A stretch of 64,000 nucleotides of DNA, from positions 12,207 through 76,206 of IMG/VR virus record IMGVR_UViG_3300025122_000012. One strand, 5' to 3'. The notes beneath the pieces are model-generated. The model made no database searches and was not told where the DNA came from. It worked only from the letters and a program-made list of their open reading frames with translations. The DNA is from a virus. Below are positions 26,544 through 36,956 of the stretch, piece by piece. The position numbers were made by a program, and so were the translations under genes. The first letter of the stretch is position 1. Each line of letters begins with the position of its first letter.

Positions 26544-29500
26544 TTAGCGCCGCGCTAGCGGGCCCCACTTCTTCTTTGCGTAGTCACTATCCATCGCGTC
26601 CACCACAAACTTTTGAAGCAGCGGGCCATTTTCGCTCAAATAAAGCTTTATTTCAACAGGCTGCTTACCGGCTGCCGCGGTTCCTTCTGCTCCTTTGCCC
26701 CTGAGGGTGGTCGCGAGGACACCTGTGAGAGTCTTGGCGAGCGCTGCCTCGATGGATCCCCCTGCCTTCGCACCGAACAACTCATCCTCCGAATTAATCG
26801 GAGTTATGGTGCCTGGGCCCAGCTCTCCCTTGCCGCGGTAGATAAAGTCGTCGACCTTCAGGCGCCCCTGTTCCCGGGCGAGGGCCTCCATATTTGCCGG
26901 AGACAGAAGGTCTTCCCCGGGGTCAAAGGCCCCCCCGGATCCGCCCCCGATCTTTCCGTAAGCCTTTTGCCGTGTTCCGAATTTACTAAGAGCACCCTCT
27001 CCCACACCGAGCGACGCCAGATGGGGGGCCATCTGTTCAGTCATCATTCCGTGCTCGTCGCGGACTTGCTCGGTACCCATTCCGGTCCATTTCCCAAGCC
27101 TCCCCCAGTTCGCTTGAGCTCCCTCATCGCGGAGCCAGCCCATCCCCGGAATCTTAGAAATCTTGATGCTCAGCCAATCGAACGCGCCTACAATCATATC
27201 AATAAAGTCAACAAAAGAGCCAACAAATAATCGACAAACTTCGATGATGCGCATACCAAGGGTGCTGAAAATAGCACCGATCTTCTGCAGGGGAGTCAGT
27301 GAGCTTTCGAATACGACACTTAGGTCCTTAATCCACCCAATAAGACCTTCAAATATTGCTAGAAAGAATGCAACGGGAGCAAAGCGCTTAAGAAAGCCCT
27401 TTATTCCGGCAAATGACTTCAACGCGAGGCCTTTGCCACCGCCGCCTCTTTTGAACACGTCCCTTAGGGGGCCCAGGAAGTTCCCTATCTTAAGTTTTAA
27501 AGCCTTCCAGTTCAACCATGGAGGCCTTTTTAAGGGGAACATCTTGGAAATCCATTCGGGTTTTTGGAAGATCTTGGAAATCCATTCGGGTTTTTGGAAG
27601 ATCTGCTTCCACTTGCCGGACGTGAACCACTTGAATGCGCCCTTAAACATGGACTTCCATCTTAGAGGATTAAATATACGCAAGACTCGCCTTATGATGC
27701 CTGGTTTTTGTCCGGGCGTAACATTTCTTGCGCGCATCTGGGCTAGCCGCTCATAGGAGCCACCTGTACCGGAGCGCGCTATCGCGCTGGCGCCGCGCGC
27801 AGACCTTGCGGCATTTATAGAATCTCTTGAGGCCTTACCAGCCGACCAAGGACTCTTCCCTCTAAGAAGATTCCTCCATCGGACTGACCCGGCGCCGCGG
27901 GCGGCCTCGGTGGCGCGTTGGCCCATACGTGTGCGCAGCGCGAGTTGGCTCCTCAGTCCCCTCATGGCCGCGGGGCCCCCAATGAGAGCCGCGGCCGAGA
28001 CGGCGAGGGCCGGCTTGGTGTGTTTGTCAAAGAAGCCCATAAACTTCTTGACGAGGCCCTGAATTGACTTCAAGACGGAATGTAGGCTCTCCATCCATTC
28101 GATAAATTTGTCGCTCGCGAACTGCTCCATAATATTAAGAAGACGTTCTGTTAAGGTCAGCATGCTATTTTGGCGACGCTTAATCTCATCTTCTTCCATC
28201 GCCTGAATTTTATCTTCTTCGGTCTCGGCGCCAAATAACTTACGAGCTTCAGCAACTTCAACGCCCAATGACTGCGCGATCATCTGCTGTTCATACTTAC
28301 CCATCTGTTTAAAGTTCATACCAGCCTGCTTCATTGATCGCTGGAGGATTTCAATTCTTTCCTCTTCCGTGGCATTTAACATATCAATGGAGTTGAGGTA
28401 TGGGCCACCCATAATCGCATTAAGTTTGCCAACCGCTTTGCCGGCGCCTTCAAAAGTATCAAACTGAGTTACAAATCCAAGAAGCTGATCGATAGATAGT
28501 CCTGTCGCCTTCGCTTGCTGTTCGAGTTTTGCAAACACTCCGATTACATTCTTACCATAGAAGGCTAACTTTTTCGAAACATTGGCAAAGTCTTTCATTA
28601 CCACATCGAAGGGCATCTTCAAGGAATTGGCTACGCCGGCGACCTCTTCCAAAACGCCCTTTACTTCGGTAAAACCAAATCCCAAACTACGCGTCGCTTC
28701 GTTGGTAATCTCAGCAACATCCCCCTCCGCAACGCCTAGCTCCCGCAAGTAGGCGGTCATCTCCGCTAATTCACGACGCACCGCCGGCGATTGCTTCGTA
28801 AAATCTACGGCGCCCCTGTAGAGGGCTCTGAATGATTGCTCATATTCTGCCATCCGGATGCCAGTACCCTTGAGGGCTTTCGCGTTCTCGAAGACTTCGT
28901 CTCCGAAGGCCTTCGACGCCCCGGTGGCGGCCATAAACGACATACGAGCTGAGTCGAGTTGGCCATGCAACATCACCGATGACTCAAAAATGGTGGTAAG
29001 AAGCTTCGCCAACAGCTTCAGGGGGTTAAGGGCACTCACAACGCCCTTCATAAATGCCTTGAAACCGCCTTTGGTCTCAAACAGCTTCTTTGTAAAGTCG
29101 CCTAATTTAGAGTTGACACCCAGCAAATTGTGAGAGAATTCTGCGCCCTCAGCATTTAGCTCTTCGAGGGCGTCTCCGTGCTTTTTGGTTTCGGCCGCGG
29201 CACGGCCGTGCAATTTTGTTTTAAGTTTCAGCGCCTTGACTTCAAGCTTCCAGGTCTTTAGGTTTTCCAGCTGCTGCTCGTCGACGTCTTCGTTGGCGAG
29301 TACGAGGCGTTCGAGGTCGCGGATCATGCGCTGGCGCTCGGTGAGACGCTCCTGCATGTTCTCGGCCTCTAGTGCCATGGCGGCGACCTTTCGCTCGTGT
29401 TCGGTGCGGTCGAGGTCCGCCGTTTCCTTAACAACGCGCCACTCTTCCTTTCGAAGTTCAATGCGCTCTAGAAGGAGCTTACGCCTCTCTTCATGCTCCT

Positions 29501-29546
29501 CCGGAGTTAGTTCTGTGCCGTCGCCATTACCGTTACCGTTTGCCAC
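26544..29546 (-). CDS. Tape measure protein
   Basis: 1000 aa, helical, Ala/Leu/Lys-rich, with hydrophobic segments; downstream of tube and chaperone. Confidence 0.8.
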   Translation of the reverse strand: MANGNGNGDGTELTPEEHEERRKLLLERIELRKEEWRVVKETADLDRTEHERKVAAMALEAENMQERLTERQRMIRDLERLVLANEDVDEQQLENLKTWKLEVKALKLKTKLHGRAAAETKKHGDALEELNAEGAEFSHNLLGVNSKLGDFTKKLFETKGGFKAFMKGVVSALNPLKLLAKLLTTIFESSVMLHGQLDSARMSFMAATGASKAFGDEVFENAKALKGTGIRMAEYEQSFRALYRGAVDFTKQSPAVRRELAEMTAYLRELGVAEGDVAEITNEATRSLGFGFTEVKGVLEEVAGVANSLKMPFDVVMKDFANVSKKLAFYGKNVIGVFAKLEQQAKATGLSIDQLLGFVTQFDTFEGAGKAVGKLNAIMGGPYLNSIDMLNATEEERIEILQRSMKQAGMNFKQMGKYEQQMIAQSLGVEVAEARKLFGAETEEDKIQAMEEDEIKRRQNSMLTLTERLLNIMEQFASDKFIEWMESLHSVLKSIQGLVKKFMGFFDKHTKPALAVSAAALIGGPAAMRGLRSQLALRTRMGQRATEAARGAGSVRWRNLLRGKSPWSAGKASRDSINAARSARGASAIARSGTGGSYERLAQMRARNVTPGQKPGIIRRVLRIFNPLRWKSMFKGAFKWFTSGKWKQIFQKPEWISKIFQKPEWISKMFPLKRPPWLNWKALKLKIGNFLGPLRDVFKRGGGGKGLALKSFAGIKGFLKRFAPVAFFLAIFEGLIGWIKDLSVVFESSLTPLQKIGAIFSTLGMRIIEVCRLFVGSFVDFIDMIVGAFDWLSIKISKIPGMGWLRDEGAQANWGRLGKWTGMGTEQVRDEHGMMTEQMAPHLASLGVGEGALSKFGTRQKAYGKIGGGSGGAFDPGEDLLSPANMEALAREQGRLKVDDFIYRGKGELGPGTITPINSEDELFGAKAGGSIEAALAKTLTGVLATTLRGKGAEGTAAAGKQPVEIKLYLSENGPLLQKFVVDAMDSDYAKKKWGPLARR
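27541..27604. repeat. Exact 30-bp tandem duplication within TMP
   Basis: ATCTTGGAAATCCATTCGGGTTTTTGGAAG x2, encoding IFQKPEWISK twice. Confidence 0.95.
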
Positions 29547-29557
29547 GGGTACTACTC

Positions 29558-29881
29558 CTAATTAGTGAAGGGCCAGCGAAGGCCGGTCTCTCTTTCAAAG
29601 CGAGAAACCGCCGTTCCCAGGCGCGCACGGCTAGAAAGGGTGCGCTCATCATCGAGGCCGTGACGCAGAAAAGAGTCCATGTATCTTTTCTCTCCACCCA
29701 ATGCATCCATAAACGAACTAATTTGGGGTGGGGTGCCTCGAATTTTGGCCTTGGGACTCATTCCTCCAAACATATACTTAAGCAATAGTTTGGTCCAACC
29801 GCCAAACATTTTAAGCCAGCTTTCGTCTATTTTGTTCTTGTCGACATTTAAATCAATTATAATGGGTACGAGGTCGCTCAT
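29558..29881 (-). CDS. Hypothetical protein (start corrected to 29881)
   Basis: MSDLVPIIIDLN begins 5 nt after CTATTTA; the longer tracked start overlaps the upstream ORF. Confidence 0.7.
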   Translation of the reverse strand: MSDLVPIIIDLNVDKNKIDESWLKMFGGWTKLLLKYMFGGMSPKAKIRGTPPQISSFMDALGGEKRYMDSFLRHGLDDERTLSSRARLGTAVSRFERETGLRWPFTN

Positions 29882-29886
29882 ATAAC

Positions 29887-29893
29887 TAAATAG
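29887..29893 (-). promoter_or_regulatory. Putative late promoter CTATTTA
   Basis: Recurrent motif; 5 nt upstream of ATG. Confidence 0.6.
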
Positions 29894-29915
29894 TCGACAC
29901 CCCAAAAGGAGCGCA

Positions 29916-30122
29916 TTATTTGCGGGACCCCTTACCTTTGGAAGTTTGGGCCTCCATCGCCTTGGCCTCTTTCTCAAACTCTTTTACTAGGCGGGTAAGA
30001 AACCAGCGCCTCAGTTGGATAGGAAGATTGTACAGCTCGAAAAAAGACCACCCACCGTGATGTTTCAAGAGAAACATTTCTTCATAGGCGCTTTCTTGGT
30101 ATTTAGAGCTCAGGCCAAAAAA
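29916..30122 (-). CDS. Unannotated +1-frame ORF: probable frameshift extension of the tail chaperone (internal ATG at 30077)
   Basis: FFGLSSKYQESAYEEMFLLKHHGGWSFFELYNLPIQLRRWFLTRLVKEFEKEAKAMEAQTSKGKGSRK; enterable at the T7 run 30117-30123. Confidence 0.75.
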   Translation of the reverse strand, partial: FFGLSSKYQESAYEEMFLLKHHGGWSFFELYNLPIQLRRWFLTRLVKEFEKEAKAMEAQTSKGKGSRK

Positions 30123-30972
30123 AGTCTGCCGTCAAAGGGACAGAAATTCTCCCCTCATGATCACACTGTGAACAGCTAATCTCTTGAGTAAGGTCTACGT
30201 TTGGCATCAGAGCCTCATATATGGCGCGAATCTCACGGGAAGCAGTAGTGGGGATAGCATCAATAAATTTCGCGATCAGGCCGCCATCATCCACATCGTT
30301 AACCGCCACAACCACCAGCTTAAGTTGGCCCGTGATCGCAGCTTCGGGTAACTTAAGCTTTTTTTTCTTTTCTCTGGACGCGCTGAATACTTTTTCATCG
30401 TTACCCTTTAAGAGCCTAAGCTCTACGGTAAATCCATCAATCGTCTCCAGAGTTGCCTTAAAATTACCGTTAGGAAGGAGTTCCACATTAGGGGGCAACT
30501 CAGTGGCTGATACCAAGTCTAACTCATTAAGATTAAAAGAGTTATCAATAGTTTCTCCGCAGGAGGGGCAGCCAACTTTCGTTTCGTAGTGGGGCCCGAA
30601 GCCTGTGATTCGAGCAGCAACCAGCAGAGCGTTCTTGTCGCCGATCAAAAGCTCACCAAGTTTAAGACTTTTATCTACCACCAAGGACTGGAGCATCCGG
30701 TCGACCGCAATGCCCTTTTTCAGAAGAGATTCAGAAGTTAGAATATCCTCTTCTTTGGCCGTCATATGACGGATTTCAACAGTTAGAGAATTATGGAGAG
30801 GGTGGCCCTCCGCATAAAATCTCCCCTGGCTAGGAAGATCAACAAACTCCGTCGGAGTTACAAATGAAAATAGTTCTTGGCTGCTTTCTTGTGCGGCTGC
30901 CGGGGCACTTTGGTCCGGCTCCACTTTTTTCTTTCCTGTCAGGGCACGTTCTAAATTATTCCTTTGTGCCAT
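30103..30972 (-). CDS. Tail/baseplate hub assembly chaperone (T4 gp26-like)
   Basis: VDLPSQG, MTAKEEDIL, CPSC, CSQC, ends DFFWPEL; between tube and TMP. Confidence 0.8.
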   Translation of the reverse strand: MAQRNNLERALTGKKKVEPDQSAPAAAQESSQELFSFVTPTEFVDLPSQGRFYAEGHPLHNSLTVEIRHMTAKEEDILTSESLLKKGIAVDRMLQSLVVDKSLKLGELLIGDKNALLVAARITGFGPHYETKVGCPSCGETIDNSFNLNELDLVSATELPPNVELLPNGNFKATLETIDGFTVELRLLKGNDEKVFSASREKKKKLKLPEAAITGQLKLVVVAVNDVDDGGLIAKFIDAIPTTASREIRAIYEALMPNVDLTQEISCSQCDHEGRISVPLTADFFWPEL

Positions 30973-30997
30973 TCATTACCTTCTTTCTTTTTCAAGC

Positions 30998-31558
30998 CTA
31001 TAGCTTACCGTAGTCACCCGTGGGGCTCTTGTTGGCGGTGTACTGAGCCCAATCATACCTCATACCAATCTCGATATTAAGTAAATCATCGCCTTCATAG
31101 TCTAAATCCCCAAAAGTAGCCGATTTAATAAAAGCATTGTGCAGAGTCCACAGACCCACCTTGTCACCGTTCCCGTCCATTTCGGTGATGGTAACTGATC
31201 CCAAGCCCTGATCGCTGGTCGCGTCAACTTTATTAATAGTTCCCACCTTATCCTGAGCCTGCGCAGTATCTTGGTTCGGTGGAAAGAGATACCCAGATGC
31301 TTCAAGAGCCTTCAACAGGGTGGACTGGCCGTCCGGATTAACGGAATTAACGATCGTCAGCGTGACCTCGTTCCAGGTAAGACTGCCCGGGTAATAATAG
31401 GTGTTACCTAGAAATTTGTGTTCTGTCTCTGAAACCTCAAATGAGGGCTTCGTAACACTCTTAGCCAGATAGGACTCAAACGCCCCCGCCAAAGACATAT
31501 TAACAATCCACCTATGTTGTCTTTTAGGTTCTGATGATGCTGCGCTCCAAAAGGTCAT
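30998..31558 (-). CDS. Tail tube protein (gp19-like)
   Basis: EPKRQHRW, KPS, YYPG..TW, WTLHNAF, FGDLDY, RYDWA; follows sheath. Confidence 0.88.
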   Translation of the reverse strand: MTFWSAASSEPKRQHRWIVNMSLAGAFESYLAKSVTKPSFEVSETEHKFLGNTYYYPGSLTWNEVTLTIVNSVNPDGQSTLLKALEASGYLFPPNQDTAQAQDKVGTINKVDATSDQGLGSVTITEMDGNGDKVGLWTLHNAFIKSATFGDLDYEGDDLLNIEIGMRYDWAQYTANKSPTGDYGKL

Positions 31559-31626
31559 TTTACTGGTCTCCTATAAACTCTGTACTAACTAGAGTACTCT
31601 GTTGAAAAATCTTTTTCTTTGTGTTC

Positions 31627-34545
31627 TTAATCATTGAAGGAAGCTCCCGTTCTCGTGATATTAAAATCAATGGCAATGAACTCAATAGACCGCGTAGGCT
31701 TCAAGAAGATTTGTGCATACATCACATTTCGATCCACCAAATCGGGGGTTGTCGTTGTCTCATCAAGAACGACCCTAAATTCCGATAGACCGAATTGTGT
31801 CTTTACCTCTCCCAAGAAAGGATTAACTGCCCCCAGGAAACGGTTCCAGGTGGTCGCCACATTCGGGGAGAACAAGAGGCGCGCAGCAATCTGCGAGATA
31901 CGCTTCTTGATGAAAATCATAAGTCGACGCACATTAATACGATCCAAGGCAGACGGAGTTACCTGCAGCGTCTTCTGTCCGAAGATAACAATGCCCTCCG
32001 CAGGGAACTTCGCAATGGGATTAATGCTGGCAGCGTAGAGGTCGTCTCGGTCGACGCGACGTAGCTGGTGCGATACATCCACAACCGGAATGCCGGCTGC
32101 GCCTTCTGTTAAGCCGCCACGATTGAAGCCCGCCGGAGCAAACCAAACCTGTGTCCGGCGCTGCGAGCTTGAGAAAGTACCCAGCGCTGCAATCGAGGGA
32201 GGCAGCCATACAAAGTTGCCACCGATCGTATCGCGGGCGCGAACCCACGGATAGAAAGCACAACCATAAGAGGAATTCAGCGCTCGGTCACGAAGATTAT
32301 TAATAATCGTGGTAAGAGTTGATGCCGTATTATTCCTTTGAATTTCGGTGCTATCCTCACGGGGCTGGAAGCCTCCCTTCAGATCAATTACGGCCAAGGC
32401 ATCGGCTCGGTCTTCACAAACATTGATGAGATGTCCCGTTAGCCCCTCATGGGTCAAACCCGGGATAGAAGCCAGATTCATTTCCACCACCTCAGGATCG
32501 GCAGTAGAATCAATGGCCCTCTTAATTGAGTTAAACTGATAGCTATTCTGCTCAGTGATGCTAGAAATCCCGTTAAGGAGGCGGCTGTTGAACGGATCCA
32601 TCTCTGTAATGTCCAGGCCATCAAATCCACCATAGAGTGGCACAGTAAAGCGATCGAAGCCTTTGCCAAGAACGCCGGAAATAGCACCACTCTGATTAGT
32701 AAGAGAGGTTCCAGCTGCGTGTGAGCCCGAAACCCAGTAGGCAAAATCGCCTGAGCCCGTAACATCGTCGAGAGTGAAGAACATTGACACATCGCGGATT
32801 CCGCTAGAGGCTCCATTAAACATCTCTGTCACCATACCTCCGCGCGCTAACAGGAGATCAATCGTTGAAGAATCAAAGGTAGAGCTGCCTGATGTTCGCG
32901 TAGTTTGGAGGCCGAAGTACGAATCCGTCGCGGACGGCAGATTGCCTGCCGAAGCACTCACTCGAAGTTCGGGGGCCGGATAAAGAACCGAAGCGGTTAA
33001 GGCCGATCCACTAACGGAAAAGACAGACGTGTTACTGTTCTGGTTTCCCTGCGGTCCATTGGTGTCAGTAGAGGCACTATAGCGACCCGTGGTACCAATG
33101 GTGGAGGATGCAGAAACCCAGTTTCCGGCAGACTCATTGGTCGTAAGAGTGCTTTCGTCCGCGTACTTGGTGATTCCCTTAAAGCCAAAAGGCACCACCG
33201 CAGCGTCGACAGCATAATTTTCGACGTCACTTGCAACCTGGACTCGAATAAAGTCTGAACGGTTGTTATAGTTGCCCTCGACGCGGTAGCGTCGTTCGTC
33301 TGCAACCCACACGCGGCGTCGGTCGCCGACCTTGCGGGCCACATAATCTAAAGAATCTGGGTTAAGGTTGCAATTAGTAAATTGCTCAACAATTTTTACC
33401 ACATTATCACTATCGTCCAGCTTTCGAACAATAAGGGCAAATGATCCAAATGCATTTGACTCATTGGTCGATATCTTAATGTCCTGAACAGATACTTTCA
33501 AGTTTTTGTTCGTCCAGGAGCCCGGCTCTTCTAAAGCATGAATAGTAAATAGGCTCGGCATTAGCTCCACATTGAATGCGTTGGCCGCGGTGCCCCGGTT
33601 AGCCGTGTCGCATCCGATAACAATGGGACTCCGTGCGCTTTGCAGAGGGTCTCGATGGCCGTCAGCATCACCATTTGTGGTATTGGTCAGTTCGACTACG
33701 GCTGCCCATGTACTGCGGCCAGAAGGGATGTTCGCCTTCATGTGGCGATCAAACGACTCTCCCAGCCAATAGTTAGCAGTCGTATTGGAAATCGTGCTGT
33801 TCGTTTTCTGAGGGTTGGTGTTGAAAACCTTGCGAATATACTTAGAATCGCCCTGGTTAAAGTTAAAAGAGGAAGTAAGAGTCGTGCCGGATCCGTCATA
33901 ACTATTGATGAGCATCTTAAATTCGTACGGGACACCTGTGTCCTTCACGATGACGGAGGAACCGGTGGCGGTCGTGCCCTCGGTAGCATGGGACCCTGTT
34001 GCGGCCAGGATGTTGCCAGATAATTGAAGAGTGGTCGAGGCGTTAGTGGTGTAAAATACAGCCGCAAGAGCTCCTTCTACTGAACCAGTACCATTAGATC
34101 CAGATGCATAGGAAGCGCTTGCCGCAGTCCAAGGAAGAACCTCAAAGACTACGAGACCCCATGCTTTACCGCTTGTGCCGGCATCCCAGCCGGCTTCTCC
34201 TTCGCCCGACAGGGTGCCCGGGCCCTCAGCACCAAGAAGGCGCACGTAACTAAGTGGTGAGCTGTTACGAAGATAGGCCTGTGCGGCGTACGCTCCATAG
34301 GTGGGTGCAGTTGTGCTTGCGCCGGTGCGCCAAACATCGCTGCCGCCAGCGCCGGCGCCGGGGGCGCCAAAAACATTAACAAATTCTTCAAAAGAATTGA
34401 CAGTAATGGGCCTTAAGCCCGGGCCCTTCTCTGCTCGGCCGATGATTACCGGGCCGATGCCGGCGGGGGATGCTGGAATCTGTGAATTGTCAATTTCATC
34501 AACAAAAACTCCCGGCGAAACAAATCTAAAGTTTTTAACGGACAT
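31627..34545 (-). CDS. Tail sheath protein (gp18-like)
   Basis: FVSPGVFVDEID, WFAPAGFNRG, INPIA, FGQKTLQ, LDRINVRRL, EFIAIDF. Confidence 0.96.
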   Translation of the reverse strand: MSVKNFRFVSPGVFVDEIDNSQIPASPAGIGPVIIGRAEKGPGLRPITVNSFEEFVNVFGAPGAGAGGSDVWRTGASTTAPTYGAYAAQAYLRNSSPLSYVRLLGAEGPGTLSGEGEAGWDAGTSGKAWGLVVFEVLPWTAASASYASGSNGTGSVEGALAAVFYTTNASTTLQLSGNILAATGSHATEGTTATGSSVIVKDTGVPYEFKMLINSYDGSGTTLTSSFNFNQGDSKYIRKVFNTNPQKTNSTISNTTANYWLGESFDRHMKANIPSGRSTWAAVVELTNTTNGDADGHRDPLQSARSPIVIGCDTANRGTAANAFNVELMPSLFTIHALEEPGSWTNKNLKVSVQDIKISTNESNAFGSFALIVRKLDDSDNVVKIVEQFTNCNLNPDSLDYVARKVGDRRRVWVADERRYRVEGNYNNRSDFIRVQVASDVENYAVDAAVVPFGFKGITKYADESTLTTNESAGNWVSASSTIGTTGRYSASTDTNGPQGNQNSNTSVFSVSGSALTASVLYPAPELRVSASAGNLPSATDSYFGLQTTRTSGSSTFDSSTIDLLLARGGMVTEMFNGASSGIRDVSMFFTLDDVTGSGDFAYWVSGSHAAGTSLTNQSGAISGVLGKGFDRFTVPLYGGFDGLDITEMDPFNSRLLNGISSITEQNSYQFNSIKRAIDSTADPEVVEMNLASIPGLTHEGLTGHLINVCEDRADALAVIDLKGGFQPREDSTEIQRNNTASTLTTIINNLRDRALNSSYGCAFYPWVRARDTIGGNFVWLPPSIAALGTFSSSQRRTQVWFAPAGFNRGGLTEGAAGIPVVDVSHQLRRVDRDDLYAASINPIAKFPAEGIVIFGQKTLQVTPSALDRINVRRLMIFIKKRISQIAARLLFSPNVATTWNRFLGAVNPFLGEVKTQFGLSEFRVVLDETTTTPDLVDRNVMYAQIFLKPTRSIEFIAIDFNITRTGASFND

Positions 34546-34578
34546 TAGTGTAACTCTCCTAAGACTGAATGGTCTTAT

Positions 34579-34585
34579 TAAATAG
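34579..34585 (-). promoter_or_regulatory. Putative late promoter CTATTTA upstream of sheath
   Basis: Followed by a TAAGAC/GTCTTA hairpin and SD AGGAGA. Confidence 0.65.
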
Positions 34586-34651
34586 TATCTTATATCGGCA
34601 ACAGACCTATTCTCTTTTAAAGTGAAGAAAATGACAATTTAACTAAATTTT

Positions 34652-35614
34652 TTACGATTTACGATACCATCCATCTTTTGTCGTGTCTGGAATCTCCCCG
34701 GGGATCTCCCCAAAAACCGTGCGTTCTCTTCCGAAACTAAATTCAACTGCGTTTTGGCGCGTAACAATCCCGGGGGGTTCTTGGTTTTCCCCCTCCCCAA
34801 TCAAATAACCCAAAACCTCAATGCTAACGATCGTCTCATAGTTACGCTGTTCCATACTAAGAGCCGTCTGATTCGAATTATCAGCAAAATCACCAGCAAT
34901 AAAAACTTCATACGCGTGACCCATCGCTGTAATTCTTTTAGGCATCCGCGAGTTCCCAGCGATTGTAAAGAAAGGTCGCTGCAGCTCATTCATTTGGTGC
35001 TGGTACTCCGTTCGTATTGCAATTTCGTAGTTGACGGTGACCCACGTTGGCAATGGCATCGTAATCGTATCATAAACCACTTTTGCGGGGGTCATTGAGT
35101 CTTTATTAGAATTATATCGCCTTGAGCGCATGCGCCCATTGGGACCATATGTTTTATTAGCCATAGCATTCTGAAATTCTGCAGTCTTTTTTTGGTTGAT
35201 CTGACGAGCAATCGTTATTGTGCCCCCCTTTGCGTCGTGCACAGGATAGAGATTGGCAAACGGAATGCCCCGCTGGCTCGGGTCTTTGTTAACCCCAGTG
35301 CGCGCTATGGTGATGAGAGGTAGAATCAAGGTCCCCTCTTTATCTCTTATTTCCTTATTATCCTTTACTTGATAGGCGCGTTCTGTCGTCGTCCACAAAA
35401 CAGGTACTTTTTTAAAACCTTCATTAGATCCGATCTGCAGATCCAACTCTACATTAACAAATCTATACATTGCGCGGTCGATTGTTTCAAGACCCGATGG
35501 TTGAAGTTTTATTTCTCCAAGCCTATCCTCCACCGTTTTGTCTTGAACCTGAGCATATCGCTTATCCGGCGTTTTCGCTTCAATTTGTTTTTGGGTTCTT
35601 TTACTACGTGCCAT
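34652..35614 (-). CDS. Tail terminator / sheath stabiliser-like protein
   Basis: KVPVLW..ER, LILPLITI, P.PTWVTVNYEI; between neck and sheath. Confidence 0.6.
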   Translation of the reverse strand: MARSKRTQKQIEAKTPDKRYAQVQDKTVEDRLGEIKLQPSGLETIDRAMYRFVNVELDLQIGSNEGFKKVPVLWTTTERAYQVKDNKEIRDKEGTLILPLITIARTGVNKDPSQRGIPFANLYPVHDAKGGTITIARQINQKKTAEFQNAMANKTYGPNGRMRSRRYNSNKDSMTPAKVVYDTITMPLPTWVTVNYEIAIRTEYQHQMNELQRPFFTIAGNSRMPKRITAMGHAYEVFIAGDFADNSNQTALSMEQRNYETIVSIEVLGYLIGEGENQEPPGIVTRQNAVEFSFGRERTVFGEIPGEIPDTTKDGWYRKS

Positions 35615-35625
35615 GGCACACTCCC

Positions 35626-36894
35626 CTAACCTACCCAGATACCAGCGGGAACATTCTGCAATACCTTTTCGGCAGCGTCCTGAAGCGCGCTGTCGGCGGC
35701 AGCGAGCTTGTCATACGTAAGCTCGTTGAGAAGTGTCTTAAGTTCCTCTCGTAGCGCGCTTTGCTCGGTGGCAGCTTGCGAAAGCAAGTCCGAAGCATTG
35801 AGAGTAATGCTCTCTCCCGGAATAGGGACAGACGCAAACTTGCCCCGAATCTGCCCCAACATTTCTTTTGTAAGCGCTAGTGCAAACCGGCGGATCCATT
35901 GCTTTCCTATAGAATTAATACTAGAATACGGTAAATTATTAAATGGCAAAGTATTGATATTGTTAATCCCTTTAATGCCTTGTTCGCCGCGACCCGTTTC
36001 CTCCCACGGATTATATTGGTTGTCTATAGTAAACTGAATCCAGAACTTCTCCGGACTCGTCATATCGGGGGTGGGATAAATACGCAAGTAATTATCCTTT
36101 ATCTCATAAGAATAATGAGACGTGCGAGTATAAATAGCATCTTCATAAGCCATCGCTTGAAGTTTGTTTTGCCAGACCGGCACAATATCAAATGTAGAAT
36201 CATCCGCAAATTGTCCATAAGTACGCAGATTGCCTACCACAGAAAAACCACCGTAATAACCATAGAATCTCCACATCGCGCGCGGGGTTTCATAAAATAC
36301 CTTACGTACAACGATACGGTTTCCTTTCACCTGATCGTAATAAGGAAGAGAAGTGTCTGAGGATGCGGATGAAGAAATTAACGTCTGGAGATCATAGTCC
36401 TGCCGGCCTGATACAGTTCCTAAGGAGGCAGAATAAATCGGAGTAAGGCCCCCAAAGCCCGCTTCGGTAGCTAGGCCTTCGGAGATGCGTCTCACATATC
36501 CATAATCAAAACGAGGATATCGAAGTTCAATATTGGAACCGGAGAGGCCGTCCCCCCCTACAATTTGTCCATCTTGGTTAAAAGAGGCTGTTTGGGCTCC
36601 TAAAAGGTCCGTCAAACTATTTTTGGTTTGATGAATATTAACCAAATAGGAGTATTCTAATACGGCTTCCTCATAGGCCGCATAAACATTTCCCTCGCTC
36701 AATTCAATATCTAAAACATCTCCGCCCAGCTTTTTATAAGTATATGCAACCTGATCAACGGCGCCAGAGAGAAAAGGGTCCGATGTTACATAGATCCCAA
36801 AAGGCAACGAACTTGAAACATTCGCTATAGCTCCAGTTACCGGTAAGATATTAGAAGTAGTAGTAGATGCTGGATTTAAATTGGGGATCGCCAT
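35626..36894 (-). CDS. Neck / head-tail adaptor (gp13-like)
   Basis: KLGGDVLDIEL, QWIRRFALALTKEMLGQIRGKF, ITLN, ends IWVG. Confidence 0.8.
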   Translation of the reverse strand: MAIPNLNPASTTTSNILPVTGAIANVSSSLPFGIYVTSDPFLSGAVDQVAYTYKKLGGDVLDIELSEGNVYAAYEEAVLEYSYLVNIHQTKNSLTDLLGAQTASFNQDGQIVGGDGLSGSNIELRYPRFDYGYVRRISEGLATEAGFGGLTPIYSASLGTVSGRQDYDLQTLISSSASSDTSLPYYDQVKGNRIVVRKVFYETPRAMWRFYGYYGGFSVVGNLRTYGQFADDSTFDIVPVWQNKLQAMAYEDAIYTRTSHYSYEIKDNYLRIYPTPDMTSPEKFWIQFTIDNQYNPWEETGRGEQGIKGINNINTLPFNNLPYSSINSIGKQWIRRFALALTKEMLGQIRGKFASVPIPGESITLNASDLLSQAATEQSALREELKTLLNELTYDKLAAADSALQDAAEKVLQNVPAGIWVG

Positions 36895-36918
36895 TAAGAA
36901 TACCTCTTCTTTCTCTAC

Positions 36919-36925
36919 TAAATAG
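36919..36925 (-). promoter_or_regulatory. Putative late promoter CTATTTA abutting the MCP terminator
   Basis: Recurrent motif. Confidence 0.6.
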
Positions 36926-36956
36926 AAAGCCCCGGCTCTTTCGAGCCGAGGCTTTC
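36925..36956 (-). terminator. Intrinsic terminator after MCP
   Basis: GAAAGCCTCGGCTC-GAAA-GAGCCGGGGCTTTC followed by TATTT. Confidence 0.85.
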
